The notes beneath the pieces are model-generated. The model did not search any database. It had not been told where the DNA came from and saw only the letters and a program-made list of their open reading frames with translations. Below, piece by piece: positions 1-9,503 of a stretch of DNA of 64,000 nt. Source of the stretch: Elusimicrobiota bacterium (GTDB taxonomy: Bacteria > Elusimicrobiota > Elusimicrobia > Elusimicrobiales > UBA9959); assembly GCA_012517235.1 (NCBI GenBank), contig JAAYVI010000037.1, positions 15,411 to 79,410 of the forward strand, in the 5' to 3' direction. A program made the position numbers and the translations under genes. Each line of letters opens with the position of its first letter. The first letter of the stretch is position 1.

Positions 1-265
1 TCGGAACCGCCAGCATTCTGACCGGACATTTTTTGTCTTTTTTATCCATTAGAGCCGCATAATAAGGAGTTATCGCCATTCTAAATTTTTTAAGACAATT
101 TCTGAGATCTTCCTCTTCTTGTTTGTCTATGACGGCGACTTTTTTCAATGTCTCTATGTCTTTTATGGCGTTCGAAAGCTGCCATTTATAATCGTTCCAT
201 TGTTCTTCTTTTACATTTTTCCAAAGCTCTATATTTTTCCACTCCACTTTCTCATAGCTTCCCAT
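1..265 (-). CDS. kamA: L-lysine 2,3-aminomutase, N-terminal fragment (gene runs off the left edge)
   Basis: Absent from the ORF track because it is truncated. My reverse-strand translation from ATG 265-263 gives MGSYEKVEWKNIELWKNVKEEQWNDYKWQLSNAIKDIETLKK...FRMAITPYYAALMDKKDKKCPVRMLAVP. This carries the conserved KamA N-terminal motifs (WNDxxWQ, RMAITPYY, CPVR). GGAGG lies 4 nt upstream. Confidence 0.8.
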   Translation of the reverse strand, partial: MGSYEKVEWKNIELWKNVKEEQWNDYKWQLSNAIKDIETLKKVAVIDKQEEEDLRNCLKKFRMAITPYYAALMDKKDKKCPVRMLAVP

Positions 266-276
266 GGATCCTCCGT

Positions 277-1326
277 TTATGCGTAATGTTTTTCGTAATC
301 TTCTCTTATTATCTTAGACTTTCTAAGTATGTCCAGAGTTATTTCGGCATGGCCTTTCATATAACCGTTGCCTATTATCATATCTATATCCTTACCCACA
401 CCTTCCGCTCCCAAAGCGGCCTTGGTGAAAGAGGTAGCCATAGAAAAGAAATAAACCGTTCCTCTTTCTTTGGTCATAAGTATGGCGGACATTTCGGTAT
501 TATTTACGTTTACGCAATTTATTACCACGTCGGCCATTTTGCCGTCTGTCGCATTTCTTATTAAATTGTAACATTCTACGGCTTTTGTCGCGTCGGCTTT
601 AAAAGCCGCGTCGCAAAAACCCATTTTTTTCATCTTTCGAACGCCTTCGTCGGAATATTCTATTCCTATAACTTTACCGGTTATCCCGGCTCTATTTTTT
701 GCGCTATAAGAACAAAGTATGCCCGATTTCCCTCCCGCTCCTATTATGACAACGGTATCTCCCGGTTTTACGAGTCTGTCGGTTTGTGCGGGAGCTCCCG
801 CAACGTCTAAAATTGCCAAAGCTAATTTTTCCGGGATGTCTTTTGGTATTTTTGCGTATATTCCGCTTTCAAAAAGAACGGCTTTAGCTTTTACGTTTAT
901 TTGCTCGGTACCTTTTTTTATCCCTATTATTTTTTCTATTTTCAAAGGCGTCAAAGAAAGAGAAACCAAGCTTGCTATTTTATCTCCCTCATTTAAATCT
1001 ATCTTGCCTTTAAGTTTGGGACCTATGGCCAAAACTTTGCCTATGAACATTCCGCCTGACCCGGTGACGGGATTTTGCATTTTCCCCTTTTCGGAAACTA
1101 TTTTTAATACCGATTCTTTTATTCTATCTTCGTTTCCCGATACGGAGTTTTTTATTTGAGTAAAACTCGCGGAATCTATGTTCAAAGTGGATACCTCGAC
1201 CAATATTTCATTATCCCAAATTCTTGAAAAATCATTGTTTAACTTTAAGGCGGGCTGCGGTAAAACGTTTTTAGGTTCCGATACTCTATGAGTTCCGTAA
1301 GGACATCCGTTCTTTTCTATTTTCAT
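277..1326 (-). CDS. kdd: 3,5-diaminohexanoate dehydrogenase-like NAD(P) oxidoreductase
   Basis: 349-aa ORF with Rossmann motif VVIIGAGGKSG. Its size and its position between kce and kamA match kdd in lysine-fermentation clusters. Assignment rests largely on context. Confidence 0.65.
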   Translation of the reverse strand: MKIEKNGCPYGTHRVSEPKNVLPQPALKLNNDFSRIWDNEILVEVSTLNIDSASFTQIKNSVSGNEDRIKESVLKIVSEKGKMQNPVTGSGGMFIGKVLAIGPKLKGKIDLNEGDKIASLVSLSLTPLKIEKIIGIKKGTEQINVKAKAVLFESGIYAKIPKDIPEKLALAILDVAGAPAQTDRLVKPGDTVVIIGAGGKSGILCSYSAKNRAGITGKVIGIEYSDEGVRKMKKMGFCDAAFKADATKAVECYNLIRNATDGKMADVVINCVNVNNTEMSAILMTKERGTVYFFSMATSFTKAALGAEGVGKDIDMIIGNGYMKGHAEITLDILRKSKIIREDYEKHYA

Positions 1327-1329
1327 ATT

Positions 1330-2145
1330 TTAGCTCCTTAATCCGAAGAATTTTCTAACATCGGCGGGAGTAGCCGGCTCTTTTTGAGCTTCTTTTATAA
1401 GTCTTGCCGCCCTTTCCACAAATTGCGCGTTAGACGAAGCTACCTTGCCTTTGGAATAATATATATTATCCTCAAATCCGACTCTTATGTGCCCGCCGAA
1501 AGAGAGAGCCGCGAAAATAGCCGGCAAATGAGCTCTTCCTATTCCCATAACAGTAAATTCGCTTTCTTGAGGCAGCCGGGAAATCATATCCGATATATTT
1601 TTATGATTGTAAGGCAGAGCGCCCGGCACATTCATAACAAATCCGTAATGATAAGGCGGTTTTATTAAATTTTCCTTTATAAGGATATGCGAAGAAACGA
1701 CATGCGATATGTCGAAACATTCCAAAGTGGGCCGGACTCCGTATTTATTCATTTCGGCCGCAAATTGTCTCATTATCGGCAAAGTATTGATTATATAATC
1801 GTTGCCAAAATTCACCGTTCCGCAATCTAAAGAAGCCATATCCGGTTCTAAAGATACGGGATCTATTCTTTCCTCGGGAGTCATACCAACCGCTCCGCCG
1901 GTAGTTATTTCTACGACTACCTGAGATTTTTTTCTTATAAGATCTATTGCTTTTTTAAAAACCGCTTTATCCGCCGTAGGACTCCCGTCGGGATTTCTTA
2001 CATGAAGATGAACTATTGCGGCTCCGGCCTGTTCGCATTCCAAAGCGGATTGAGCCAATTCTTCCGGTGTCACAGGCAAATTGGGACATTGGGCTTTCGT
2101 GGTTTCGGCTCCGGTTAAAGCGCAGGTTATTATTACTTTATCCAT
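1330..2145 (-). CDS. kce: 3-keto-5-aminohexanoate cleavage enzyme (BKACE/DUF849 family)
   Basis: The ORF track extends to 2328, but ATG at 2145 (MDKVIITCALTGAETTK) sits just after the atoA stop. ITCALTGA and HLHVRNPDGSP are typical DUF849/Kce motifs. Confidence 0.8.
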   Translation of the reverse strand: MDKVIITCALTGAETTKAQCPNLPVTPEELAQSALECEQAGAAIVHLHVRNPDGSPTADKAVFKKAIDLIRKKSQVVVEITTGGAVGMTPEERIDPVSLEPDMASLDCGTVNFGNDYIINTLPIMRQFAAEMNKYGVRPTLECFDISHVVSSHILIKENLIKPPYHYGFVMNVPGALPYNHKNISDMISRLPQESEFTVMGIGRAHLPAIFAALSFGGHIRVGFEDNIYYSKGKVASSNAQFVERAARLIKEAQKEPATPADVRKFFGLRS

Positions 2146-2147
2146 AA

Positions 2148-2807
2148 TTAGAATTTCCTTAGATTTCCGGCTATTGTCAATTTGGCCTGAGTGTTTTTTA
2201 CGACTTCTTCTACCGTAGTATCTTCCGCTATCTCTTCCAAAACAAGACCTTTTTTGGTAACTCTTATAAAAGCCAATTCGGTTACTATCAAATCCACTTC
2301 CCCTTTCGCCGTAAGAGGAAGGGAACATTTTTTAAGTATTTTCGGAGCGCCGTTTTTATTCGTATGTTCCATGGCTATGACGACATTTTTGGCGCCGGCA
2401 ACCAAATCCATAGCTCCGCCCATACCCGGGACCATTTTTCCGGGAATCATATAATTTGCCAGATTGCCTTCCTCGTCTACTTCCAAAGCGCCGAGTACCG
2501 TATAATCCAAATGTCCTCCTCTTATTATCGAGAAAGACATTGCGGAATCAAAAAAGCATCCCCCCTGAACTATGCTTACCGGTTTCCCGCCGGCATTCAC
2601 TATATCCTTATCCTCATTGCCTTTTTGAGGAGCCGGTCCTAATCCGATAAATCCGTTTTCGGAATGAAGCAAAATACTTTTTCCCGGGGGCAAGCAATCG
2701 GCCACGAGAGTGGGCATGCCTATTCCCAAATTGACAATTGCGCCGTCGGGAAATTCCTGCGCTATTCTCTTGGCTATCCTTATTCTTTTAAGTTCTTTTT
2801 CATCCAT
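2148..2807 (-). CDS. atoA: 3-oxoacid/acetoacetate CoA-transferase subunit B
   Basis: 219 aa with the catalytic-Glu motif LHSENGFIGLGP (SENG) typical of family I CoA-transferase beta subunits. Confidence 0.9.
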   Translation of the reverse strand: MDEKELKRIRIAKRIAQEFPDGAIVNLGIGMPTLVADCLPPGKSILLHSENGFIGLGPAPQKGNEDKDIVNAGGKPVSIVQGGCFFDSAMSFSIIRGGHLDYTVLGALEVDEEGNLANYMIPGKMVPGMGGAMDLVAGAKNVVIAMEHTNKNGAPKILKKCSLPLTAKGEVDLIVTELAFIRVTKKGLVLEEIAEDTTVEEVVKNTQAKLTIAGNLRKF

Positions 2808-2816
2808 AAAATCTCC

Positions 2817-3485
2817 TTAAAAACCTTTTTCGTTTATTTCGGCTTTTACCAAAGACGATACGAATACTCCCGGAACCGTAACCTTGTCCGGATCGAGTTC
2901 TCCCGCTTCTACTATTTCTTCGGCTTCGGCTACGACATAATCGGCCGCCATAGCCATTACGAGATTAAAATTTTTGGCGGATTTTGCTATAAAACAATTT
3001 CCGTTTTTATCCGCTATCGTGGCTTTTATAAAAGCGAAATCTGCGCCCAAAGGCTCTTCCAGTATATAATCTTTCCCGTTTATTTCAAATTTTTTCTTCC
3101 CCTTTTCTACTTCGGTATTGGCCCCCGTAGGTGTAAGAAATCCCCCGAGCCCCGCTCCTTTGGCCCTTATTCTTTCGGCCAATGTGCCTTGAGGAACCAA
3201 ATCTATTTTCATTTCTCCCGAATTCATTTTTTGACCGGCGACCGGATTAAGACCTATATGAGAAGCTATCAAATGTTTAACTTGTCCGTTGACTATTAAC
3301 TTACCTATTCCCTTATCGGGAAATCCGGCGTCGTTGGAAATTAAAGTTAAATCTTTAACATTTTTCTTAAGCAGTTCTTCCGCCAAAGTGAACGGATGTC
3401 CGCATACCATAAATCCGCCCATCATTATAGACGAACCGTTTTTTACTTGTTCTATTATTTCCGATGCTTTTTTTATGGGTTTCAT
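2817..3485 (-). CDS. atoD: 3-oxoacid/acetoacetate CoA-transferase subunit A
   Basis: 222 aa. The N-terminus has IMMGGFMVCGHP (GGF..CG.P motif of alpha subunits). It lies directly upstream of subunit B. Confidence 0.9.
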   Translation of the reverse strand: MKPIKKASEIIEQVKNGSSIMMGGFMVCGHPFTLAEELLKKNVKDLTLISNDAGFPDKGIGKLIVNGQVKHLIASHIGLNPVAGQKMNSGEMKIDLVPQGTLAERIRAKGAGLGGFLTPTGANTEVEKGKKKFEINGKDYILEEPLGADFAFIKATIADKNGNCFIAKSAKNFNLVMAMAADYVVAEAEEIVEAGELDPDKVTVPGVFVSSLVKAEINEKGF

Positions 3486-3603
3486 TTTAATCTCCGCATA
3501 ACCTCTACTTTTTAACCTATTAATATTTTATAAAAATATTTTTCAAATATGACAAAATCGCGTCAAAAATTGTAAAATATCATAGGGTAAAACAGGAGAA
3601 AAA

Positions 3604-4404
3604 ATGCACAAGGTTCATATAGATCATAGGGACTCTTTGATAAAAGAAAGAATGTCTAAAATTAAAAATAAAATTTTAATAATGAGCAATAAAGGCGGAG
3701 TAGGCAAAAGTTCTATTTCCGTTATGCTTGCCAAAGCTTTATCCGAAAAAGGATTTAAGGTTTGTCTTTTGGATGCTGACATACACGGTCCATCGGTAGC
3801 AAGAATGACGAGCATAGAAAATATGCAACATGAAGCTTTATCGGAAGAGATAATAAAACCCATAGAAAAATACGGCATTAAAATAGTCTCTATGGGATCA
3901 ATAGTAAAAGATACCGATAAAGCTTTAATATGGCGCGGACCGATAAAGATAACGGTTATAAAGCAGCTGCTGGCCGATTTCGAATGGGGAGAAGCCGACT
4001 ATATGATAATAGATCTTCCCCCGGGTACTGGAGACGAACCGCTTTCGGTATGCCAATTTATAGGAGAAATCAAAGGAGCGGTTCTTGTGACAACGGGTCA
4101 AAATATTTCTTTCTTGGACGTATATAAAGCCGCAGATTTTTTGGAAAAACTTTCGATAAAACTTCTTTCCGTAGCGGAAAATATGTCGGAATATTCTTGT
4201 CCGCATTGCGGTAAAAAATCAAAACTTTTTTACGCCGACAAAGACAAGAAAGAAATCTTAGAAAAAACAAAGAGAGTAGAAATACCGTTTTATCCCAAAG
4301 TAATGGAACTGCTCGATAAAGGCGAAATAGAAGATATCTTTAAAGGAAGAGAAGAGCTAAAAGAAAAAATTCTTTCTTTGGCGGATGATACTTTTAAAGG
4401 GTAG
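3604..4404 (+). CDS. Mrp/ApbC/NBP35-family Fe-S cluster carrier ATPase
   Basis: Deviant Walker A SNKGGVGKSS, Walker B IIDLPPGTGDE and C-terminal CPHCGKK (CxxC). AGGAG lies 6 nt upstream of ATG 3604. Confidence 0.85.
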   Translation: MHKVHIDHRDSLIKERMSKIKNKILIMSNKGGVGKSSISVMLAKALSEKGFKVCLLDADIHGPSVARMTSIENMQHEALSEEIIKPIEKYGIKIVSMGSIVKDTDKALIWRGPIKITVIKQLLADFEWGEADYMIIDLPPGTGDEPLSVCQFIGEIKGAVLVTTGQNISFLDVYKAADFLEKLSIKLLSVAENMSEYSCPHCGKKSKLFYADKDKKEILEKTKRVEIPFYPKVMELLDKGEIEDIFKGREELKEKILSLADDTFKG

Positions 4405-4458
4405 AAAATTATTAAGACGCGGCGACGGATAAATTAGGTATTTTGTAAAATATAACAT

Positions 4459-5886
4459 ATGAAATATGACGTAGCCATAATAGGCGCGGGTATAACCGGC
4501 GCGGCTTTGGCCAGAGAACTTTCAAAATACGAACTCAACATAATTCTTTTGGAAAAAGAAATCGAACCGGCTTTCGGCGTATCAAAATCAAATAGCGGAA
4601 TAATACATTCCGGGACTCAAAATCCTTCCGACTCTCTTAAAGGAAAACTCTGCGTAGAAGGCAATCGCCTTATGCGCGAAGAAATCGCAAAAGATTTGGG
4701 ATTAAATTTTATTCAATGCGGACAGCTTATAACGGCTTTTGACGAAGAGGAAAAGAAAAAACTTTTTGAAATAAAACAGGAAGGCGAAAAATTAGGCGTA
4801 CCGGGACTTGAGATAAAAGACAGGCAATGGCTCAACAAAAACGAACCTAATCTTTCAAAAGAAGTAATAGCCGCGCTATTTTCCCCCAGCGCCGGGATCA
4901 TAAGTCCGTACAGATACGTTTACGCTTTAATAGAAAACGCGACCGATAACGGAGTGATTCTTAAAACCGAATCGAAAGTATTAGCGATAGAACAAAAAGG
5001 TCCGAAAGATTTTGAAATAAAAACCGAAAAAGAATATTTTAAAACTTCTTTTGTGGTAAACTGCGCGGGCTTATACGCCCAAGAAATAGCCGAAATGATA
5101 GGTATTAAAGACATAAAAATAGTTCCCAGAAAAGGCGAAGAATATCTATTGGATAAAAAGAGAGAAAATATCTCCAACCACATAATATTTCCCCTCCCGT
5201 CAAAAAATTCCAAGGGAATATTAATGATAAAAACTTCGGACGGTAATCCTATGATAGGTCCTACCGCCCATGAAATAGAGGATAAAGAGGATTTATCTAC
5301 TACGGAAAACGGGCTTAACGAAGTTTTAGAAGGAGTTAAAAGAATGATTCCTTCCGTAGACAAATCCGATATAATCGCATATTTTGCCGGACTTAGACCT
5401 TCATGCGGAAAAGATTTTGTCATAAGGTATGAAAAAAATCGCGACGGTTTTTTAAATATGGCCGGGATACAATCTCCGGGGCTTACCGCGGCTCCGGCAA
5501 GCGCCGCATACGCAGCCGATATCCTTTTTAAAAACGGCTTATCTTGCGCAAAGAAGAAAAATTTCAAAAAATACAGACAAAGGCCCATACATTTATTTCA
5601 AATACCTTTGTCTAAAACGGAAGAGTTAATACAAAAAGATCCTTCTTACGGAGACATCGTCTGCAGGTGCGAAATGGTTTCCGCCATGGAAATAAGACAA
5701 GCGATAAAAAGAGGAGCTAAGACATTAGACGGCATAAAATTTAGAACAAGAGCTCAGGCCGGCAGATGCCACGGAGGTTTTTGCACGTCGAGAATAATGA
5801 AAATATTATCCGAAGAGCTCAACATATCTCCGTTAGAGATAACGAAAAAAGGCAAAAATTCGAATATTATAAAAAGGATAAAATGA
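4459..5886 (+). CDS. FAD-dependent oxidoreductase, GlpA/glycerol-3-phosphate dehydrogenase-like, with C-terminal BFD-like [2Fe-2S] domain
   Basis: N-terminal dinucleotide fold DVAIIGAGITGAALAREL. The C-terminus has CRCEMVS...RAQAGRCHGGFC (BFD-like Cys pattern). Confidence 0.8.
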   Translation: MKYDVAIIGAGITGAALARELSKYELNIILLEKEIEPAFGVSKSNSGIIHSGTQNPSDSLKGKLCVEGNRLMREEIAKDLGLNFIQCGQLITAFDEEEKKKLFEIKQEGEKLGVPGLEIKDRQWLNKNEPNLSKEVIAALFSPSAGIISPYRYVYALIENATDNGVILKTESKVLAIEQKGPKDFEIKTEKEYFKTSFVVNCAGLYAQEIAEMIGIKDIKIVPRKGEEYLLDKKRENISNHIIFPLPSKNSKGILMIKTSDGNPMIGPTAHEIEDKEDLSTTENGLNEVLEGVKRMIPSVDKSDIIAYFAGLRPSCGKDFVIRYEKNRDGFLNMAGIQSPGLTAAPASAAYAADILFKNGLSCAKKKNFKKYRQRPIHLFQIPLSKTEELIQKDPSYGDIVCRCEMVSAMEIRQAIKRGAKTLDGIKFRTRAQAGRCHGGFCTSRIMKILSEELNISPLEITKKGKNSNIIKRIK

Positions 5887-6860
5887 AAGAAAGAGAAATA
5901 GTTATAATAGGCGCGGGACCGGCGGGACTTGCGGCGGCTTTGGGCGCAAAAGATAAAGGCGCAAAAGATATTTTAATAATAGAAAGAGACCAATATTTGG
6001 GCGGGATATTAAATCAATGCATACATAACGGATTCGGTCTACATAGGTTCAAAGAAGAGTTAACCGGCCCGGAATACGCGCAAAGATACGCCGACATGGT
6101 AAAATCGGCCGGGATAGAGATATCCGACAGAACATTCGCGGTAAAAATTACGAATAAAAAAGAAATATTTTGCCTTAAACCCGGAGAAATGATGAAATTA
6201 AAAGCCAAGGCTATAATTTTGGCTACCGGATGCAGAGAAAGAACAAGAGAAATGATTCCCATACACGGTTTTAGGCCCTCAGGCGTTTATCCGGCGGGGC
6301 TTGCTCAAAAAATGATAAACATTGAAGGCTGGATACCCGGAGAGGAAGCGGTAATAATAGGCTCCGGCGATATAGGCTTAATAATGGCCAGAAGAATGAT
6401 TTTCGAAGGCATGAAAGTTAAAGCGGTAATAGAAATAATGCCTAAAAGCAGAGGACTTAGACGCAATATAAGGCAATGTTTGGAAGATTTTTCCATACCT
6501 CTATATCTTAGTCATAAAGTTACTAAAATACACGGGAAAGAAAGAGTTGAAAAAGTTTCGGTTTGCAAAGTAGACGAAAGTTTTAAGGAAATAAAAGACA
6601 CTTCTTTTGACATAAAATGCGATACGGTCTTAGTTTCCGTTGGACTCATACCCGAAAACGAACTTTTGGAAGCGGCGGGCGGGCTCATAGACAAAAAAAC
6701 AAATTCGCCGGTATGTTTAAAACCCTATCAAACATCCATAGAAGGAATATTTTCATGCGGTAACTGCAATAAGGTATACGATTTGGTAGACTGGGTAAGC
6801 AGGGATTCTTACGAAGCCGGAGGATTAGCCGCTATGTATGCGAATGGAGAATTAAAATGA
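5883..6860 (+). CDS. NAD(P)/FAD-dependent pyridine-nucleotide-disulfide-type oxidoreductase (partner of the GlpA-like protein)
   Basis: The true start is ATG 5883 (MKEREIVIIGAGPAGLAAAL), forming an ATGA overlap with the upstream stop. A second dinucleotide motif is AVIIGSGDIGL. Confidence 0.8.
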   Translation: MKEREIVIIGAGPAGLAAALGAKDKGAKDILIIERDQYLGGILNQCIHNGFGLHRFKEELTGPEYAQRYADMVKSAGIEISDRTFAVKITNKKEIFCLKPGEMMKLKAKAIILATGCRERTREMIPIHGFRPSGVYPAGLAQKMINIEGWIPGEEAVIIGSGDIGLIMARRMIFEGMKVKAVIEIMPKSRGLRRNIRQCLEDFSIPLYLSHKVTKIHGKERVEKVSVCKVDESFKEIKDTSFDIKCDTVLVSVGLIPENELLEAAGGLIDKKTNSPVCLKPYQTSIEGIFSCGNCNKVYDLVDWVSRDSYEAGGLAAMYANGELK

Positions 6861-7213
6861 ATAAGTTAGTATGCATCGCATGTCCGGCGGGCTGCGAAAT
6901 GATTTTAGAAATAAAAAACGGAAAAGTAATATCCGTAAAAAATAATAAATGTCCCAAAGGTTCGACTTATGCCGCGGAGGAGATAGAGTCTCCCAAAAGA
7001 GTCATAACGACTTGCGTAAAAACGGACCTTTCCGTAAAATGGCTTCCGGTAAAAACATCCTCCCCCGTTCCCAAAGAAAAGCTTTTCGATTTTTTGGCGG
7101 AAATATCAAAAATAAAAATATCAAAACCGGTAAAAGCCGGAGATAAAATCGCGGAAAAATTATTGGGTTTTGAAGGAATCGATTTAATAGCCGGCAGAAC
7201 AATAGAAATTTAA
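6857..7213 (+). CDS. DUF1667-type small Cys-containing protein (third subunit of the GlpA-like trio)
   Basis: 118 aa. The N-terminus is CIACPAGCEM...NNKCPKG. It overlaps the upstream stop, and the three-gene arrangement is conserved in anaerobes. Confidence 0.7.
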   Translation: MNKLVCIACPAGCEMILEIKNGKVISVKNNKCPKGSTYAAEEIESPKRVITTCVKTDLSVKWLPVKTSSPVPKEKLFDFLAEISKIKISKPVKAGDKIAEKLLGFEGIDLIAGRTIEI

Positions 7214-7214
7214 G

Positions 7215-8975
7215 TTATAATTTTATTTTAGGCAGGTTTTTAGTAGCGGAATCTTTAAACTTATCGTTAATTTCTTTTTTCCATTTATTGAGTTTTTCTT
7301 CGTTTTCTTTTAAAATTTTTTCTAATTTCTCTTTATTTTCGGAAATAATTTTCTCTGTTTTTTCTTTCTGAGCTTTTATTTTTTCGTCCAAAGCCGCTTC
7401 AAGTTTTTTCCTGGCTTTTTCCGCCTCTTCGCCGAAGGCTTTTTTCACAGACTGAGCTATTATATCGGCCAAATCGGTTTTTACGGAGATTTTAGGTTTT
7501 GAGAAATCTCCTTTTATATAGGCTTGAACCGAGAAAACTTTTGCCGATTCTATCGATTTTTTTAGCGAATTTCTCAGAGGCTCATATTTTATATTGTCAA
7601 AACCGGAAGAGATATCGGCATCCTTAAAATATGTTTCCCATAGACCGTCCAATTCGCCTCCTTTAGTTTTAATTTGCAAAGAGGAATCGGTCAAAGCTTT
7701 ATTCAAAGAAATTTGCATATTTCCGGAACCGAACTTTTTATCCGATATCTCAGCTCCTTTGTATGAAAAATAAGTTTCCGTCTCATAAGGTTTTTCCCAT
7801 AGCCTGGCTTGAAATTTAAAATTTAGAGACCGAATATCTTTGCTCCCTTTGATCTCGGCTTCTACTGGTTTTTTCCATATCGACGGATTACTCGATATAT
7901 TATATACGGCTCCGAGATATTCTATCGGATTTTCCGGAGTGAAAATTCCGCTTACGGAAGCCGTTTTAAGCAAAAACGAAGGATAATTTTCCAGCTTTGG
8001 AAAATGAACGATTCTTCCTCTTTTTCTTTTTTCTTCGAAGATTTTTTTCTTAGGATTATCCGGTATATATTTTACGGCCTGTTTGGAATAAGAAAAAATC
8101 TTATAAAATTTCTCATATATGTCTTTTCCAATAAGCATTTTAGCTATTTGTTCTTTATCCGCCGAGGGAAGTTTTGCCATAGACGAAAGTTTTTCCAAGT
8201 CTCTTTTTTTAGCTTCGTTTATTTCCCTGGAATAATAAGATATGTCTTTTATTGCCAAAGAAAGCATTCTCTTATCTTCTTTATATTTATCTAACAATTC
8301 GTCTATCTCTTTCTTAAGTTTAGGAAATTCCTTGGCTTGCTTTAGAAAATCTTTTTGACTCTTTATTTTTTCATACCTCGCATTTATTTCGTTAATTTGC
8401 TTTTCATAATAAGAGAAATCCGCTTTGGCGACAGTTTCGGAATATTCTTTCTCATATTTAGAATTAATTTCGTTTAATAATTTTATCGTCTCAAGCTGAG
8501 AAATATCGGTTTTTATGTCGCTTATGGTTTCTTCTTTGGCTTGATTTAAGTTGTCCAATGCGAGGGTTTGAGCTTGCGAAGCGTATTCCTTTAAAAACTC
8601 GGGCATTTCCGTTTTTGTTATTTTTATTTTACAAGAGGTTTTTCTCAAAGTGGCAAAATTGAGACCTTTTACCGAACCTTCTTCTATTACAAATTTTTTT
8701 TCCAAAAGCTGTTTTCCGTTAAGCAAGAATTTTAATTTTTCAAATTCAAAAAGATTTCTATACTCATTATTAGAATCTCCGGCTTTAAAAGAATAAACTT
8801 CCAGAGAAGGATTCAAAAAAGATGTTTTTATTTTGCCTATTTCCACCTTGGCTTCAAAAACGCTTTCCAAAGATTTTATCGCCCCCCATTTAAGCAAAGG
8901 ATCAAAAGCGAAATAAAAAAAAGCCCATACCAGTAAAACTAAAATTATTCTCGGTATAAGGTATCCTTTATTCAT
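7215..8975 (-). CDS. Large membrane-anchored Lys/Glu-rich coiled-coil protein of unknown function (resembles the TIGR03545 family from memory)
   Basis: 586 aa with a single N-terminal TM (IPRIILVLLVWAFFYFAF) and long K/E-rich predicted coiled coils (KEKTEKIISENKEKLEKILKENEEKLNKWKKEI). No catalytic motif recognised. Confidence 0.45.
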   Translation of the reverse strand: MNKGYLIPRIILVLLVWAFFYFAFDPLLKWGAIKSLESVFEAKVEIGKIKTSFLNPSLEVYSFKAGDSNNEYRNLFEFEKLKFLLNGKQLLEKKFVIEEGSVKGLNFATLRKTSCKIKITKTEMPEFLKEYASQAQTLALDNLNQAKEETISDIKTDISQLETIKLLNEINSKYEKEYSETVAKADFSYYEKQINEINARYEKIKSQKDFLKQAKEFPKLKKEIDELLDKYKEDKRMLSLAIKDISYYSREINEAKKRDLEKLSSMAKLPSADKEQIAKMLIGKDIYEKFYKIFSYSKQAVKYIPDNPKKKIFEEKRKRGRIVHFPKLENYPSFLLKTASVSGIFTPENPIEYLGAVYNISSNPSIWKKPVEAEIKGSKDIRSLNFKFQARLWEKPYETETYFSYKGAEISDKKFGSGNMQISLNKALTDSSLQIKTKGGELDGLWETYFKDADISSGFDNIKYEPLRNSLKKSIESAKVFSVQAYIKGDFSKPKISVKTDLADIIAQSVKKAFGEEAEKARKKLEAALDEKIKAQKEKTEKIISENKEKLEKILKENEEKLNKWKKEINDKFKDSATKNLPKIKL

Positions 8976-8977
8976 TT

Positions 8978-9484
8978 TTAATCCCTAAAATACCATTCGA
9001 AAGCCCAGCTTGTTTTCATAGCTTTTACTATTTTGGAATTTGAAATTTTATCTTTCATTTTAGCGTTATAAACTTCTCCTATTTTTTTACCCGCCAAATA
9101 AACCGGAAAAAAGAAAATCAAACCCAGAATAATACCGCCCATAACCGTAGTATTATTAAAATCTGTCCAAGGAATTATCGGCATATTGTAAATTTTAACG
9201 AAAAAAGGATACAGTTTCTCCGAATTTAAAACCGCATAACCCAAAGGATCGGTAACTTTATCAGTAAAAAAATAAAGTCCGGAAAAAAACGCGGTAGACA
9301 CAAAAGCGAAAGGGATGTTCGCCTTTGTAGACATCATCGCTATGAATATGATTTGAGCGGTAAGATTATTTTTTGGGATTATTCCCAAGGCAAATCCGAA
9401 AGCTATGCCAAGACCTATTTGCCATGGGAGATTTTCCTTGGTAAGACCTTTAAAAAATTGCCTCAAAATAGAAAGAGGATTCAT
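8978..9484 (-). CDS. Small polytopic membrane protein, DUF2062/TIGR03546-like
   Basis: 168 aa with about 4 TM segments and N-terminal LPWQIGLGIAFGFALGIIP. Its stop is 2 nt before the start of the 586-aa gene. Confidence 0.45.
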   Translation of the reverse strand: MNPLSILRQFFKGLTKENLPWQIGLGIAFGFALGIIPKNNLTAQIIFIAMMSTKANIPFAFVSTAFFSGLYFFTDKVTDPLGYAVLNSEKLYPFFVKIYNMPIIPWTDFNNTTVMGGIILGLIFFFPVYLAGKKIGEVYNAKMKDKISNSKIVKAMKTSWAFEWYFRD

Positions 9485-9503
9485 ATTAAAATTTTAGCAA
9501 ATT

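Noticed and set aside
4920-5588. Long antisense and alternative-frame ORFs in the track. Examples: 4920-5588 (222 aa), 18571-19218 (215 aa), 2664-3299 (211 aa), 24190-24756 (188 aa), 31575-32066 (163 aa), 53957-54400 (147 aa), 719-1159 and 148-564.
   Set aside because: Each lies entirely inside a well-supported gene on the opposite strand or in another frame. Their composition is low-complexity or hydrophobic junk (runs of F, I, L, S, R), with no motifs and no RBS. They are typical shadow ORFs of AT-rich coding DNA.
7211-7217. Convergent stop codons of the DUF1667 gene (7211-7213) and the 586-aa gene (7215-7217), only 1 nt apart with no terminator hairpin.
   Set aside because: It is real in the sequence but common in compact genomes. 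On its own it does not indicate a functional element.
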